A stretch of DNA of 64,000 nt from Desulfobacterales bacterium (GTDB taxonomy: Bacteria > Desulfobacterota > Desulfobacteria > Desulfobacterales > Desulfosalsimonadaceae): assembly GCA_034520365.1 (NCBI GenBank), contig JAXHNP010000005.1:6474-70473 (forward strand). Direction: 5' to 3'. Below, one piece after another: positions 9,739 to 19,632 of this stretch. The notes beneath the pieces were generated by a model. The model did not search any database. It was not told where the DNA came from and worked only from the letters and a program-made list of their open reading frames with translations. The translations under genes were made by a program, and so were the position numbers. Numbering within the stretch: the stretch's first letter is position 1; every line of letters begins with the position of its first letter.

Positions 9739-10626
9739 TTATCCCCGGAATCGGATCAGCCCCTGCTGGGAGGTTGAGGCGACCAACGTTCCATCCCGGG
9801 CGTAGATATGGCCGTGGTTCAGGCCCAGGGCCCGGCTGGCATTCGGGCTGTACATGGCATACAGCAGCCAGTCGTCCATCCGGAAATCCCGGTGAAACCA
9901 CATGGCATGATCCAGGCTGGCCACCTGCATTTTCGGATCCCAGAAGGTGCGGCCATGGGGGTATAAAGACGTGCCCACCAGCCCGAAATCCGAAGCATAT
10001 GCCAGCATATAGCGATGCACGGCCATGTCATCCGGCATTTTGTGGATAGCCCGGAACCAGCTGTAGCGTTCGGGATTTTCCTTTTTCGGGGCAAAGGGAT
10101 TGACCGGGTTAACCGGGCGGACTTCAATCGGTTTTTCACATAAAATGCGGTTTCGGATCGGCTCGGGGATTTTGTCCTGAACCCGCCGCGCCCGCTCCAT
10201 CTCGGATTCAATGCCCTCCGGACCCGGGATATCAGGCATTTCCGCCTGATGGTTAAACCCGGTTTCCGCCACCTTGAAAGAGGCGGACATGGTAAAAATC
10301 GCCCGGCCCTTCTGAATGGCTGTTACCCGGCGGGTGGTAAAACTTCTGCCATCCCGGATGCAGTCCACGGTATAGACGATCGGCCGGGCGGGGTCCCCTG
10401 GGCGCATAAAATAGGCGTGAAGGCTGTGCCCCTGCCGGTCATCCGGCACGGTCTGAGAGGCGGCGGACATGGCCTGGCCCAGCACCTGGCCGCCGAATAT
10501 ATTGCCGAATCCCAGATCCTGGCTCTTGCCCCGGAAAATATTCTCCTCAATCATCTCAAGCTCTAAAAGTTCCAGCAGTTCATCGAGTACGTTACTGATC
10601 GGCGTACATGTGGTCGATTCTGTCAT
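9739..10626 (-). CDS. tesB: Acyl-CoA thioesterase II
   Basis: Double hot-dog TesB pattern: LLELEMIEENIFRGKSQDLGFGNIFGGQVLGQA...HSLHAYFMRPGD. Confidence 0.9.
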   Translation of the reverse strand: MTESTTCTPISNVLDELLELLELEMIEENIFRGKSQDLGFGNIFGGQVLGQAMSAASQTVPDDRQGHSLHAYFMRPGDPARPIVYTVDCIRDGRSFTTRRVTAIQKGRAIFTMSASFKVAETGFNHQAEMPDIPGPEGIESEMERARRVQDKIPEPIRNRILCEKPIEVRPVNPVNPFAPKKENPERYSWFRAIHKMPDDMAVHRYMLAYASDFGLVGTSLYPHGRTFWDPKMQVASLDHAMWFHRDFRMDDWLLYAMYSPNASRALGLNHGHIYARDGTLVASTSQQGLIRFRG

Positions 10627-10730
10627 GAAGGCTGACTCCCGGGGACTTTGATAGGTCCCCCAATTCTGATAGTCTCGTAAAAAGTCAGTATAACGAACTT
10701 TACCGCTATATTCAAATAATGTGAAACGCC

Positions 10731-10964
10731 ATGCTTACCCTGAAATGCGCGGCATGCAAAAAGAAGCTCTGGCGCTACGACAAAATCGGGCCGGGTGAGG
10801 TGCTGCGGTGCCACAAGTCGCGGATCGATAAAATGTACCAGCCGATTGAACTCACCGGTAAGGTCTCCTGCCAGTGCGGCAATGTGGTGGGAATTGACAA
10901 GGGCCGGTTTATCAAAATGGTGGCCAAGGCCTTCACCTATTCGGGCACCAAACGGAACGTCTGA
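10731..10964 (+). CDS. Small zinc-ribbon-like hypothetical protein
   Basis: 77 aa with CAAC...CQC cysteine pairs. No family recognised. Confidence 0.4.
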   Translation: MLTLKCAACKKKLWRYDKIGPGEVLRCHKSRIDKMYQPIELTGKVSCQCGNVVGIDKGRFIKMVAKAFTYSGTKRNV

Positions 10965-11072
10965 ACGGCAAGAAATGCAGGAGATATTAAAAACCGTAAA
11001 CACCGTCTTAGAAACCCGTAACATGGAATCTCTGAACCCCAAACATAGGCGGGGGCGCTAAATCCGTTACGC

Positions 11073-11288
11073 CTATTCGACCACCGGAATGCCTCTCTGC
11101 TTGAAATCCGCCAGAATATCCGCCAGCTGGGCGGCCGTGCAGTCGTCAATCTCGTAGACATTTTTCACGCCGTCCTGGAAATACAGCACAAACCGGCCCT
11201 GGTCATCCAGGTAGGCCTGCCGGATATAATCGCCGTCCAGCCAGGGCTTAACGGCCTCCATAAAATTGTTCAAACTGCAAGTGATCAT
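11073..11288 (-). CDS. Hypothetical small protein
   Basis: 71-aa ORF directly downstream of the lipoprotein gene on the same strand. No family recognised. Confidence 0.4.
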   Translation of the reverse strand: MITCSLNNFMEAVKPWLDGDYIRQAYLDDQGRFVLYFQDGVKNVYEIDDCTAAQLADILADFKQRGIPVVE

Positions 11289-11309
11289 TTACACCCTCTG
11301 ATTTGGTTT

Positions 11310-11885
11310 TTAGTCCACCGTATTAATCGGTATGGTTATCAACGGCAGGGCCAGTGAATCATTGCGGACCCGCGTCTGGATCACATCGCTTTTGGCGATG
11401 ATCTGCTCCCTGTCATCCACAATATAATAGTAAAGTTCCGTGATGCCATGAAACATTTCAAGGGCGAGCAGATCAATGGAGGACAGGCCCATGCCCGGTA
11501 TGGCGATCCCCGGGGTGCTCAGCCCGAATTTATCCGAGTCCGTGCCAAGAGAGGTAAAGAACACATATACCTCCATCTCGGCATCCACCGGATCCGAAAC
11601 CAGCCGGCACTGATATTTGTCCATAAGTTCCAGCTCCAGCCGTTTTTTGGCATAGGCGATCGGTTCGATATCGTTTAGAAAATAACATTCCAAGTAGACC
11701 GGTTTATTCTTAAGCCGGGAAAAATCCGTCTCCGGTATCGCCGCGATCATATCGTTTACGCTGTGCGAGGTTAAGCGCTGGGCTGTGGAGCCCTGATACC
11801 GCTCGATCACCTGCCTGGTGGAGCACGCCGTCATCAGAACCAGAAAAATAATGAACAGAAGTCCAATTGCCGATCTTTTTCTCAT
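11310..11885 (-). CDS. Hypothetical lipoprotein
   Basis: Signal peptide with lipobox LMTAC. Confidence 0.65.
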   Translation of the reverse strand: MRKRSAIGLLFIIFLVLMTACSTRQVIERYQGSTAQRLTSHSVNDMIAAIPETDFSRLKNKPVYLECYFLNDIEPIAYAKKRLELELMDKYQCRLVSDPVDAEMEVYVFFTSLGTDSDKFGLSTPGIAIPGMGLSSIDLLALEMFHGITELYYYIVDDREQIIAKSDVIQTRVRNDSLALPLITIPINTVD

Positions 11886-11911
11886 CGATTTTTTTTTGCC
11901 TTTCGCGATTT

Positions 11912-14900
11912 TTAGTTCAAATTCAGCTCCACCCGGGATGCTTTGAATTTCTCAACCCTGGGCGGCGTAAGGCTTTCTGCCTCCCGTGTGAACAGACGCT
12001 TGCCCGCAATCCGGTCGTCATTCAGGAGATAACCCTTTACCGCCTGCACCCGATTCTCTGCCAGAAGCCGGAGCCTGGCATCCTCTATTTCAATCCGCTG
12101 CCGGATCTCTGCCGCCATCTCTTCGGCTGTCAATGGTTCATCATCCAGCGGCTTGGCGTCTTCCGGGGCGTCCGAGGCATCAAGCACCTCAGCCTTATAA
12201 ACCCGTCGGAGATATTTAACGTGTTCTTCCGCTGTCAACTCAATCTCTTCAAACGGAATGGTTTCGGTCTCGGTCTTCTTGGTGGTTTTGGCCCATTTGG
12301 CGGCCCGGATTTTGCGCTCAAGCGCCGCCGCCTTAAGCGCCGCCCGGTCATCTTCCGGCGCCACATAGCCGGTCAGCTCCAGATTAAGGGCCGGCCGCTC
12401 ATAGAGCAGCTTGATAATAGCATCCAGCTTGTCTTTGGATGCCCCGTCCAGATCCGTACTCCCGGCCTCAAACTCAATGTATCTGAGTTCCTCGCCGCCG
12501 GACACAATCGAGCTTACCAGGGCAAACGGCGAGGTGGCCGCCTTGGTGAACAGACTTCTCAACGACTGAATGATCACGCCGGTTAAACTGAACTGCGGGT
12601 CATCCAGCCGGCCGGATACCGGCAGATCCAGCTCGATTCGGCCCTTTCTGTCTTTTAAAAGGGCGATCGCCAGGCCTATCGGCAGATTCACGGCCGTGTC
12701 GCTTTCAACCCGGTGCCCCAGGTTGAACTGATCGAGCAGCACGTGGTTTTCAGCTTCCAGTTTTTTATTCTCAATCAAGTATTTCAGATCCAGGTTGAGC
12801 TTTCCCTTTTCAATGGCCTTTCCGATATATTTTCCCGAATAGGCGGAAACCGGGCTTAACTCCAAATTTTGCAGCTTAAAGGTAATATCTAAGAGCAGAT
12901 CCGCCAGGAGCGGATTGATCCGGCCGGAAATATCGATCGGCGCGCGTTCATTAACCGCGCCCTTGAGCGAGACCTTCGCCCCTTCAAACGCCTCGGTGGA
13001 AAGCCCCGTAATGCTGCCTTCATCAAATGTCACCCGGGCGGAATAATTGGGCTCAATACTGTAATCCGCAAAGGAGACGCCGATATCCCGGAGTTTGATT
13101 TCCCCGATGGAGACCGGAAACGGCGCAGATGGGGCCTCGGTTTGCTCTGGTTCCGATTTTTTCGCCCCCGCCTTTTTATCTTCTGCTGCGGATTTTTCCG
13201 GCGCCTCGGATTCGGCCGCCTCTGCGGTATAGATCTGGTTCACGTTCAGCCGGCCGTTTTCCTGCACAATAAGGTTCTGCTTTAAGCCGTTAATCTCCAG
13301 CGTTTTCAACCGAATGCGGGTGGGATTCCAGGACACGTCGATTCCGTTTAAATCAAGCGCCTGGCATTTGAGAAACTTCTCCTCGGCTTGACTTTCCAGA
13401 AGCGTCAGCTCCTTCATCCCGGCATCGCCATTAAAGTGCGCACTCAATCCGGCCTCCGGATCCGAGTTCATCCGGGCATTGCCGGAAAGATCAAAGCTTC
13501 CGCTGGTGACGGCCAGTTTCAACGGATCGGGGAAATAGGGCTGGGCGAGATTAAGGGGCACGTCCTCAATGTTGACCGTCGTATCCACGGTCAGGGGCGT
13601 TATTCCGAATTTGCCGTTAACCGATAACGCGGCATCCGGATCAAGCCCGGCGGACAAATCCACCTGTGCGGTCTGATCCTTCTGTGTGGTAAAGCCGGTA
13701 ACAGTTAGGTTGAGATCATTTACGGTCATTTGCACCGGCCCGCCGTGCGGCGTGGCGGATGCCCCGGGGGCGGCGAAATCCTGATAATTTAGGGTGCCGG
13801 ATGAGAGGTTTAATTCGTCCAATTCAAATATAAAGGGGTCCTCTTCAGAGGCCGCTTCCTCGGCTTCCGCTTTCTCTTTGTCCGCCTGAGCCTGCGATTC
13901 AGCCTTTGATTCGTCTGCACCCGATTCGCTGCTTGACCTGTTTTCTGACTGCGGCCCGAGCCGGGCAAGATTCAGGCTGCCGTTAAAATCGCGCACCAGG
14001 GTCACCACCGGCTCGGTGAGCGAGACCGTGGCCAGGCGAATCTGCTTTTCCAGCGGCCGGGACGGCGCCATTTCCACATGGAGACCCGACAATGCCAGTA
14101 TTTCATCCGCCGCCGTATCGGTTACCTGAAGATCCGCCAGATCGGCAACTGCGGAAACTTCAAGATTGGTTTTTCCCTCGGAGGCTTTTTTAAAGCGAAT
14201 TTTGGATTCCAGGTTGAGATGGCCGCCGGTGATGTCCAGGCCTAAGTCAGCCGGGACATAATCAAAATAATACGGCAGATCAACCCCGGCTAAATTGATA
14301 TCCACAACCGTTTCCAGGGATTCGGCAAACGGTTTGGTGGATACATCCACTTTGAGCTGCGTATTATTTAACTCGCCCGCCAGCACGGGCTGGGAATAGG
14401 CGTCGATATGGGCCTCAAAATTGGAAAGCATGGGCACCGTGAAGCTTACCCTGTCAAAGCGGTGGGTTTTATCCATGGGCCGGTCATGGAACTCAAATTC
14501 GCCGTTGATGATCTGGATATTGGACAGGCGGAATCGAAACGGCTCAGACGGCGCCTCATCTTCCGGCGCCGGACTCGGTTCTTCTTTATCCGCCGGCATC
14601 AGATCGGAAAAATTAAACTCGGTTTCCGAAATCCGGGCCACCCGGACAAACGGCGCCTTCAGGCGAAGCTCCTGGGCTACCAGCCCCAGCTTAAAAAGCG
14701 AGGCCCACTGGATATCGGCGAAAAACTCATCAAATGAGACAAAATCCGTATCCCCGGATTTTTCCCCAACTTTTAATCCCTGAACCGCCAGGGTGAGCGT
14801 ATAGGGGTTTAGCGAAATGTTTTCCACGCTGACCGGCCGGTCCAGCTGCGCCGAGAGTTTGTCCGGCAGAATGGCTTCCGTGACCATGGGGATCACCAGA

Positions 14901-14983
14901 AAACCGGCAAGGGTGTAGAGTAGAATCAGAATACCCAGAATAATCCCCGTCTTTTTTTTCCAGCCCATCCTTTTCCAGCCCAT
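11912..14983 (-). CDS. DUF748 domain-containing large envelope protein (AsmA-like)
   Basis: N-terminal TM anchor, then LDRPVSVENISLNPYTLTLAVQGLKV-type DUF748 repeats. Acidic low-complexity linkers. Confidence 0.7.
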   Translation of the reverse strand: MGWKRMGWKKKTGIILGILILLYTLAGFLVIPMVTEAILPDKLSAQLDRPVSVENISLNPYTLTLAVQGLKVGEKSGDTDFVSFDEFFADIQWASLFKLGLVAQELRLKAPFVRVARISETEFNFSDLMPADKEEPSPAPEDEAPSEPFRFRLSNIQIINGEFEFHDRPMDKTHRFDRVSFTVPMLSNFEAHIDAYSQPVLAGELNNTQLKVDVSTKPFAESLETVVDINLAGVDLPYYFDYVPADLGLDITGGHLNLESKIRFKKASEGKTNLEVSAVADLADLQVTDTAADEILALSGLHVEMAPSRPLEKQIRLATVSLTEPVVTLVRDFNGSLNLARLGPQSENRSSSESGADESKAESQAQADKEKAEAEEAASEEDPFIFELDELNLSSGTLNYQDFAAPGASATPHGGPVQMTVNDLNLTVTGFTTQKDQTAQVDLSAGLDPDAALSVNGKFGITPLTVDTTVNIEDVPLNLAQPYFPDPLKLAVTSGSFDLSGNARMNSDPEAGLSAHFNGDAGMKELTLLESQAEEKFLKCQALDLNGIDVSWNPTRIRLKTLEINGLKQNLIVQENGRLNVNQIYTAEAAESEAPEKSAAEDKKAGAKKSEPEQTEAPSAPFPVSIGEIKLRDIGVSFADYSIEPNYSARVTFDEGSITGLSTEAFEGAKVSLKGAVNERAPIDISGRINPLLADLLLDITFKLQNLELSPVSAYSGKYIGKAIEKGKLNLDLKYLIENKKLEAENHVLLDQFNLGHRVESDTAVNLPIGLAIALLKDRKGRIELDLPVSGRLDDPQFSLTGVIIQSLRSLFTKAATSPFALVSSIVSGGEELRYIEFEAGSTDLDGASKDKLDAIIKLLYERPALNLELTGYVAPEDDRAALKAAALERKIRAAKWAKTTKKTETETIPFEEIELTAEEHVKYLRRVYKAEVLDASDAPEDAKPLDDEPLTAEEMAAEIRQRIEIEDARLRLLAENRVQAVKGYLLNDDRIAGKRLFTREAESLTPPRVEKFKASRVELNLN

Positions 14984-15336
14984 TTTTCACCTTCTTTTCG
15001 AGCGCCGGCATCCGGCGGCAGCTTGCTAAGTTCACTTGACGGCTTCGCAAAAAGTCCAAAAAAATCTCAAATATTTTTTAATATTAACGTGAGTTGAAAA
15101 AATTTCAAGCCATACCCGGGGCAGCTTGCTTCTCCTAAGAGACTGCTTATTTATTATAAATGTGGATCAGGCGTAACCAATCGCCGCAAGCAAACCACTA
15201 ACATAACAGAAAGCGGTTGAATAAGGCCATCCGGGATTACCAGGATGTAGAGGAATAAACCCCGGCCGCCGCGTGAAAACAGGCAGCCAAGGCTGCAACA
15301 GCGGGACAGGAAAGAAGGCAAGTAGCAATAAAAAAA

Positions 15337-15369
15337 GGGCATTTCAAAGCAAAACGCTTTGAAATGCCC
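15337..15369 (-). terminator. Rho-independent terminator of csp
   Basis: Perfect 14-bp stem GGGCATTTCAAAGC / GCTTTGAAATGCCC (15337-15350 / 15356-15369). It is followed on the minus strand by a T7 run (plus-strand A run 15330-15336). Confidence 0.85.
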
Positions 15370-15392
15370 TTACAGTTTTTTACTGAATCAAG

Positions 15393-15593
15393 TTATTCGA
15401 CGGTAACGTCTACTGCCGCCGGGCCTTTTTGGCCCTGCTCAACAGTAAAGGAAACCCTGTCGCCTTCGTTCAGCGTCTTGAAACCGGATCCGTTGATGCC
15501 GGAAAAATGAACAAATACATCAGATCCATCTTCCTGCTCAATGAACCCATAGCCTTTTTTTTCGTTAAACCACTTTACGGTGCCTTTAGCCAT
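15393..15593 (-). CDS. cspA: Cold-shock protein (CspA family)
   Basis: [15 protein letters not shown] (RNP1) and VFVHFSGI (RNP2). 66 aa. Confidence 0.95.
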   Translation of the reverse strand: MAKGTVKWFNEKKGYGFIEQEDGSDVFVHFSGINGSGFKTLNEGDRVSFTVEQGQKGPAAVDVTVE

Positions 15594-15722
15594 AGTGTCG
15601 CCCCTCCTTTCTTACAAAATTCTCAAAGTTCCAACCGACCAGGGCTTCACTATCTAACAATAATGCTCCCTTTCGAACGAAACCGGCCCGCAGTCAGCCA
15701 AGGCCTTTCTAGATTATCTGGG

Positions 15723-15750
15723 ATTTTAACGGTTATTTTATCAATGTCAA
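15723..15750 (-). promoter_or_regulatory. Candidate sigma70 promoter of csp (long 5' UTR)
   Basis: On the minus strand: TTGACA (15750-15745), 16-nt spacer, TAAAAT (15728-15723). This predicts a leader of about 120 nt, as is common for csp genes. Confidence 0.5.
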
Positions 15751-15882
15751 GCATAGATCGATCAAAAATTAGGTGGGGATCAAATTTTTTTCCTGAGGCC
15801 CGAACGCCGGAAGCACCTGAATAAAGCTAAAAACATCCCGCAGAGCCGCGGAAAACGCAAAGAAATATGGCTCTTGGCGCAC

Positions 15883-17409
15883 TCAGCGACCGCTGCGAGA
15901 CAAAAAAAACGGCGCGTGATTGGAGGTAAAAAACAAGGGATCTTTTTTCAAAATCTCCCGGATGGGCCCCGGCCGCTTAAACTCCTTGACCAGAAACCGC
16001 CGCACCCGGCTGCGGTCCCAGCCGCGGGGGTGGACAAACTCCCGGTACAGGGACAAATCCCCGGGATAAAAATCCACGGTATCCAGGGCATCCGCCTCCG
16101 GGCTGCCCACGGGCAGATTGAAGATGGCCAGGTTTAAAAAATCGATGCAGTCCGCATGGGCCAGTATAAAGGATCGCGTCTGGCAAGCGGCTTCATAATC
16201 TTCGGCCGGCGTGCCGAAAAGTAGGTATCCGTAGATTAAAATGCCGGCTTCGCTGACGGTTTTTAACGCCCGGGATACGGTGTCAATGGATATCCCCTTA
16301 TTCAATGCATCCAACACATGCTGGGCGCCGGACTCGATGCCAAGCTTCAGCATCACACAGCCGGAATCTTTTAAGCCCCTGGCAAACGCCGGGTCGGTAA
16401 GATGATCGGTGATCCGGACGAACCCATACCAGGGCGCCCCGGGCGGATCAGCGATCAGGGCTTTTAAGAATGCCGGAGACAGGGCATTGTCCAGAAAATG
16501 GATGAGCGAGGGACGGGTTTCTTTTTGCAGCCGATTCAGATCGCTTCGGATGGCGGATCGATCAAAAGCCTGGTACCGGGTGTTTTCAAATTTTTCCGGG
16601 CAGAACCGGCATTTCTGCCAGTAGCAGCCGCGGGAGGCGGCATAAGGGAGCACCCGGCCGGGAGAGAGATACAAATTCATCGGGAAATCGGCATAGTCAA
16701 ACCCGGGCTGAGGCGCGGCCGGGGTCTCTGAAAATCCAGCCATGGAGAAAAGGCGCCCCTCTCCCGGCCCGCAGACCAGCTCATCTATTACTGAAGCAAA
16801 CGGGTTGTCAAAGCCTTTGACGGCCAACCACGAGGTTACCAGCCCGCCGCCCATAATAATGCGGATATTCGGCCAATGGTTTCTTATAAACCCCGCCATG
16901 GCGAATGCGCAGACCGCCTGGCTTATAAAGTTGACCGAAAAACCGACAATCCGGGGATGGCTCTTATCAATCAACTCGGGCAGGCGTTTTTTAAAAAAGG
17001 AATAAAAGGGGTTTTCGTGAAACCGGGCCGCCGCGTCCAGCAGATCTTTGCTCTTAACCGGCGAAAATCGGGCGTCCCCATAGTTTGCCAGGGTGATATG
17101 GCTGCCCGCGGCTTTTCCCGCCATCTGCAGCACCCGGTTGATATCCATGACCGCCCGCTTGTAACGGTCCAGGCTACGAGAGATTTCCGGTGATCGAAGC
17201 GCGGCCAGATTTTCAGTCACACGGGCCACCGCCCGGCGGGTCCAGGTATCCCGGGCAGCAACCGGCCGACCCAGGAGATCCAGCAAACCTTCCAGGTTGG
17301 CATCCCAAACCCGGCAGCCAATCCCCCGGGATCTTAACGCAAATGCCAGCCGGGCCGGGCCAGCCGGGGGTTCGCCCGGCTTGGCGACCGGCGGATGGAT
17401 CAGAAGCAT
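15883..17409 (-). CDS. B12-binding-domain radical SAM protein
   Basis: N-terminal cobalamin-binding-like domain and a Cys cluster RGCYWQKCRFC (16600-16626). A 3-nt gap to the amidase gene upstream suggests an operon. Confidence 0.75.
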   Translation of the reverse strand: MLLIHPPVAKPGEPPAGPARLAFALRSRGIGCRVWDANLEGLLDLLGRPVAARDTWTRRAVARVTENLAALRSPEISRSLDRYKRAVMDINRVLQMAGKAAGSHITLANYGDARFSPVKSKDLLDAAARFHENPFYSFFKKRLPELIDKSHPRIVGFSVNFISQAVCAFAMAGFIRNHWPNIRIIMGGGLVTSWLAVKGFDNPFASVIDELVCGPGEGRLFSMAGFSETPAAPQPGFDYADFPMNLYLSPGRVLPYAASRGCYWQKCRFCPEKFENTRYQAFDRSAIRSDLNRLQKETRPSLIHFLDNALSPAFLKALIADPPGAPWYGFVRITDHLTDPAFARGLKDSGCVMLKLGIESGAQHVLDALNKGISIDTVSRALKTVSEAGILIYGYLLFGTPAEDYEAACQTRSFILAHADCIDFLNLAIFNLPVGSPEADALDTVDFYPGDLSLYREFVHPRGWDRSRVRRFLVKEFKRPGPIREILKKDPLFFTSNHAPFFLSRSGR

Positions 17410-17412
17410 ATA

Positions 17413-18879
17413 TTAGAAGCCGGGCGGCGGCACGAATCCGCCGATAATTTCACTGATCAGCCGGGCCACATGAATCGGGGTGCGGTCCTCCAAATACGGC
17501 CCGATTACCTGCATGCCAACGGGCAGGCCACCGGACGTTCGACCCACAGGCAAAACCGTTGCCGGGAGCTTGGCTACGCTCGCCAGATTCGACCAGCCCA
17601 TGATATCCATATACGGCCGGTCATGCCCGTTAACCGGGAGCGTGCGGTCAAAAATATAGCCGTGATCATGGGCAAATGATGGCAGGATCGCCGGCGGGCA
17701 GATCAGTACATCATAGGTTTTGAAATAATCCGCCCACTTCTGGCGCAACAGCTCCCGCATGCCGTCCTGTTCGATCCAGCTCCGGTGCCGCTGGGTAGCC
17801 CCGCGGATCTGGCTTGCCAGGTAGGAGCGGTCCTCAGGCGAGAGGTTTTCCGCTTTCTCCGCCCATTTCTTAAACATCTTTTCCGGCACGGCAGCGCCCA
17901 TGACCGCCGCATTCAGAATTAAAAATGCCTCATAGCTGCCGTTAAAATCGACTTCCGGACGCACCTCGGAAACTGCGGCCCCGTTTTGAGTCAATTGATC
18001 CACCGCCGCCTGGATCGTATCCCCCACGCCGGAATCCACGGGGCATGCCGGATCATCCAGCCACAGGCCGATTTTATAATCCGCAAGCGTCTGTCTGCGG
18101 GGCGGGGGCAGCTTGACGGTCCAGGCTCGCTGATCCGGCGCCTCCGGACCGACGATAATCTCTAAGGCCAGCTCCACATCCTCAATATTCCGGGCCAGCG
18201 GCCCGGCCGCCATCATATCGATAGCCAGGCTATACTCGCCGGTAAATATGCCCGGCGGCGGGGGGACATGGCCTTTCTGGGGCACGATCCCGTAGCTCGG
18301 CTTATGCCCGTAGAGGCCGCAGAAATGGGCCGGCACCCGGATGGAGCCGCCCAGATCGCTGCCGATCTCAAGGGCGCTGAGCCCGGCCGCCAGGGCGGCC
18401 GCCGCCCCGCCGGATGAACCGCCCGGAGTTTTGCGGATATCCCATGGATTGTTGGTCTGGCCGTAAATATCATTGAAACTCTGAAAATCCCCGGCATAAA
18501 GCGGCACATTGGTTTTTCCAAACACAATGGCGCCCGCATCGACCAGCGCCTGAACCACCGCCGCGTGTTTTTGCGGCACATGGTCTTTCAAAGGCGGCGC
18601 CCCGGCTGTGCACGGCATACCCGCCACCTCCAGTGTGTCCTTAATCGTCATGGGCAGACCATGGAGCAGACCCCATGTTTCATTTCTGGCCAACGCCGCA
18701 TCCGCAGCCCGGGCCTGCTCCCGGGCCTTTTCAACATCTGTACAGACAATGGCGTTCAAATCCGGATTCCATTTATCAATCCGCTCCAGGTAATGGTCCA
18801 ACAGCTCGCTTGATGAGATTTTTCCCGACTTGATCGCCCCGACCTGCTCAATTGCCGATTGAAATTCAATTTTACTCAT
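17413..18879 (-). CDS. Amidase (amidase-signature family)
   Basis: GGSSGGAAAALAAG AS-signature with the upstream K and S-cisS context. Confidence 0.9.
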   Translation of the reverse strand: MSKIEFQSAIEQVGAIKSGKISSSELLDHYLERIDKWNPDLNAIVCTDVEKAREQARAADAALARNETWGLLHGLPMTIKDTLEVAGMPCTAGAPPLKDHVPQKHAAVVQALVDAGAIVFGKTNVPLYAGDFQSFNDIYGQTNNPWDIRKTPGGSSGGAAAALAAGLSALEIGSDLGGSIRVPAHFCGLYGHKPSYGIVPQKGHVPPPPGIFTGEYSLAIDMMAAGPLARNIEDVELALEIIVGPEAPDQRAWTVKLPPPRRQTLADYKIGLWLDDPACPVDSGVGDTIQAAVDQLTQNGAAVSEVRPEVDFNGSYEAFLILNAAVMGAAVPEKMFKKWAEKAENLSPEDRSYLASQIRGATQRHRSWIEQDGMRELLRQKWADYFKTYDVLICPPAILPSFAHDHGYIFDRTLPVNGHDRPYMDIMGWSNLASVAKLPATVLPVGRTSGGLPVGMQVIGPYLEDRTPIHVARLISEIIGGFVPPPGF

Positions 18880-19035
18880 TTGATATTCCCTGATTTTTAA
18901 GGTATTGAAAACATGGTTTGATGTGTTTGGTAAAAAAATTTATCAGGTCAAACGTCATTTTCCAGTCCTGAAATTTCATACAAAAGAGGCGTTTGCCAGT
19001 GAAAACGGATCTTGAAGCTTTTACCACCTTAATCG

Positions 19036-19065
19036 TTGGTCTGCTTTAAATTGGTCTGCTTTAAA
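19036..19065. repeat. Perfect tandem duplication 2 x 15 bp (TTGGTCTGCTTTAAA)
   Basis: 19036-19050 is identical to 19051-19065. It sits where visibly AT-rich island DNA meets the GC-rich amidase flank. Confidence 0.9.
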
Positions 19066-19158
19066 CTTGACAAAAACATAATAATAGGTATCATATATAT
19101 AGTCTCATCTGCCACGTGTAGAAGGAGCAATCGAAGCCGTCAAAACAATTTGGCGGCT

Positions 19159-19632
19159 TTAGCCTTTTTTGGCCCTCCAATAATTTTCATATTCCCTCTG
19201 CAAACTCGCTTTGCGGTGTGATTTTGTAACATTATACGCGGTTTTTAAAAGATAATAATTCCGCCGTTTAGCCAAAATGACCGCGAATTCATGCGATTCC
19301 AGCCATAACACCACATGAGTGTTATTCCGCCTTTTATTCTCCCACCATTTAATTCTATCATCTGTATCAGCCATTCGAATAACCCAGCTAATCCACCGTA
19401 TTCTTTCGCAACGGCGAAAATCGGGCAGCCTATCTTCTTCAACGGGGCCATCGGAAATCACATGCCAGAAACCATACCCTTTACCGTCGGTGGGTGGCCG
19501 ATACTGACTTTTCACCGGCAGACCTTTAAAGGTAATTCCGCTATGAACAATCTCATTGAGATAAATTTCATAGAGTTGTTCAATATATGCAGACCAATCG
19601 CCGTGAAACGGAAAAAGTTCAGGTAAACCCAT
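19159..19632 (-). CDS. Hypothetical protein (no family recognised), coupled to the DUF3800 gene
   Basis: The track start at 19638 is GTG. ATG at 19632 overlaps the upstream stop as TAATG. The product MGLPELFPFHGDWSAYIEQLYEIYLNE... comes from AT-rich DNA. Confidence 0.6.
   Translation of the reverse strand: MGLPELFPFHGDWSAYIEQLYEIYLNEIVHSGITFKGLPVKSQYRPPTDGKGYGFWHVISDGPVEEDRLPDFRRCERIRWISWVIRMADTDDRIKWWENKRRNNTHVVLWLESHEFAVILAKRRNYYLLKTAYNVTKSHRKASLQREYENYWRAKKG

Noticed and set aside
10623-11042. 139-aa minus-strand ORF overlapping the small zinc-ribbon ORF
   Set aside because: It has no motifs, overlaps the tesB stop region, and its composition looks non-coding. The plus-strand 77-aa ORF is only weakly preferred.
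14948-14983. Duplicated start region ATGGGCTGGAAAAGG/ATGGGCTGGAAAAAA plus an A8 run at the 5' end of the DUF748 gene, considered as a phase-variation switch
   Set aside because: An 8-nt homopolymer is short for slipped-strand switching, and there is nothing else to support it. It is noted only as a curiosity that leaves the true start ambiguous (14983 or 14968).
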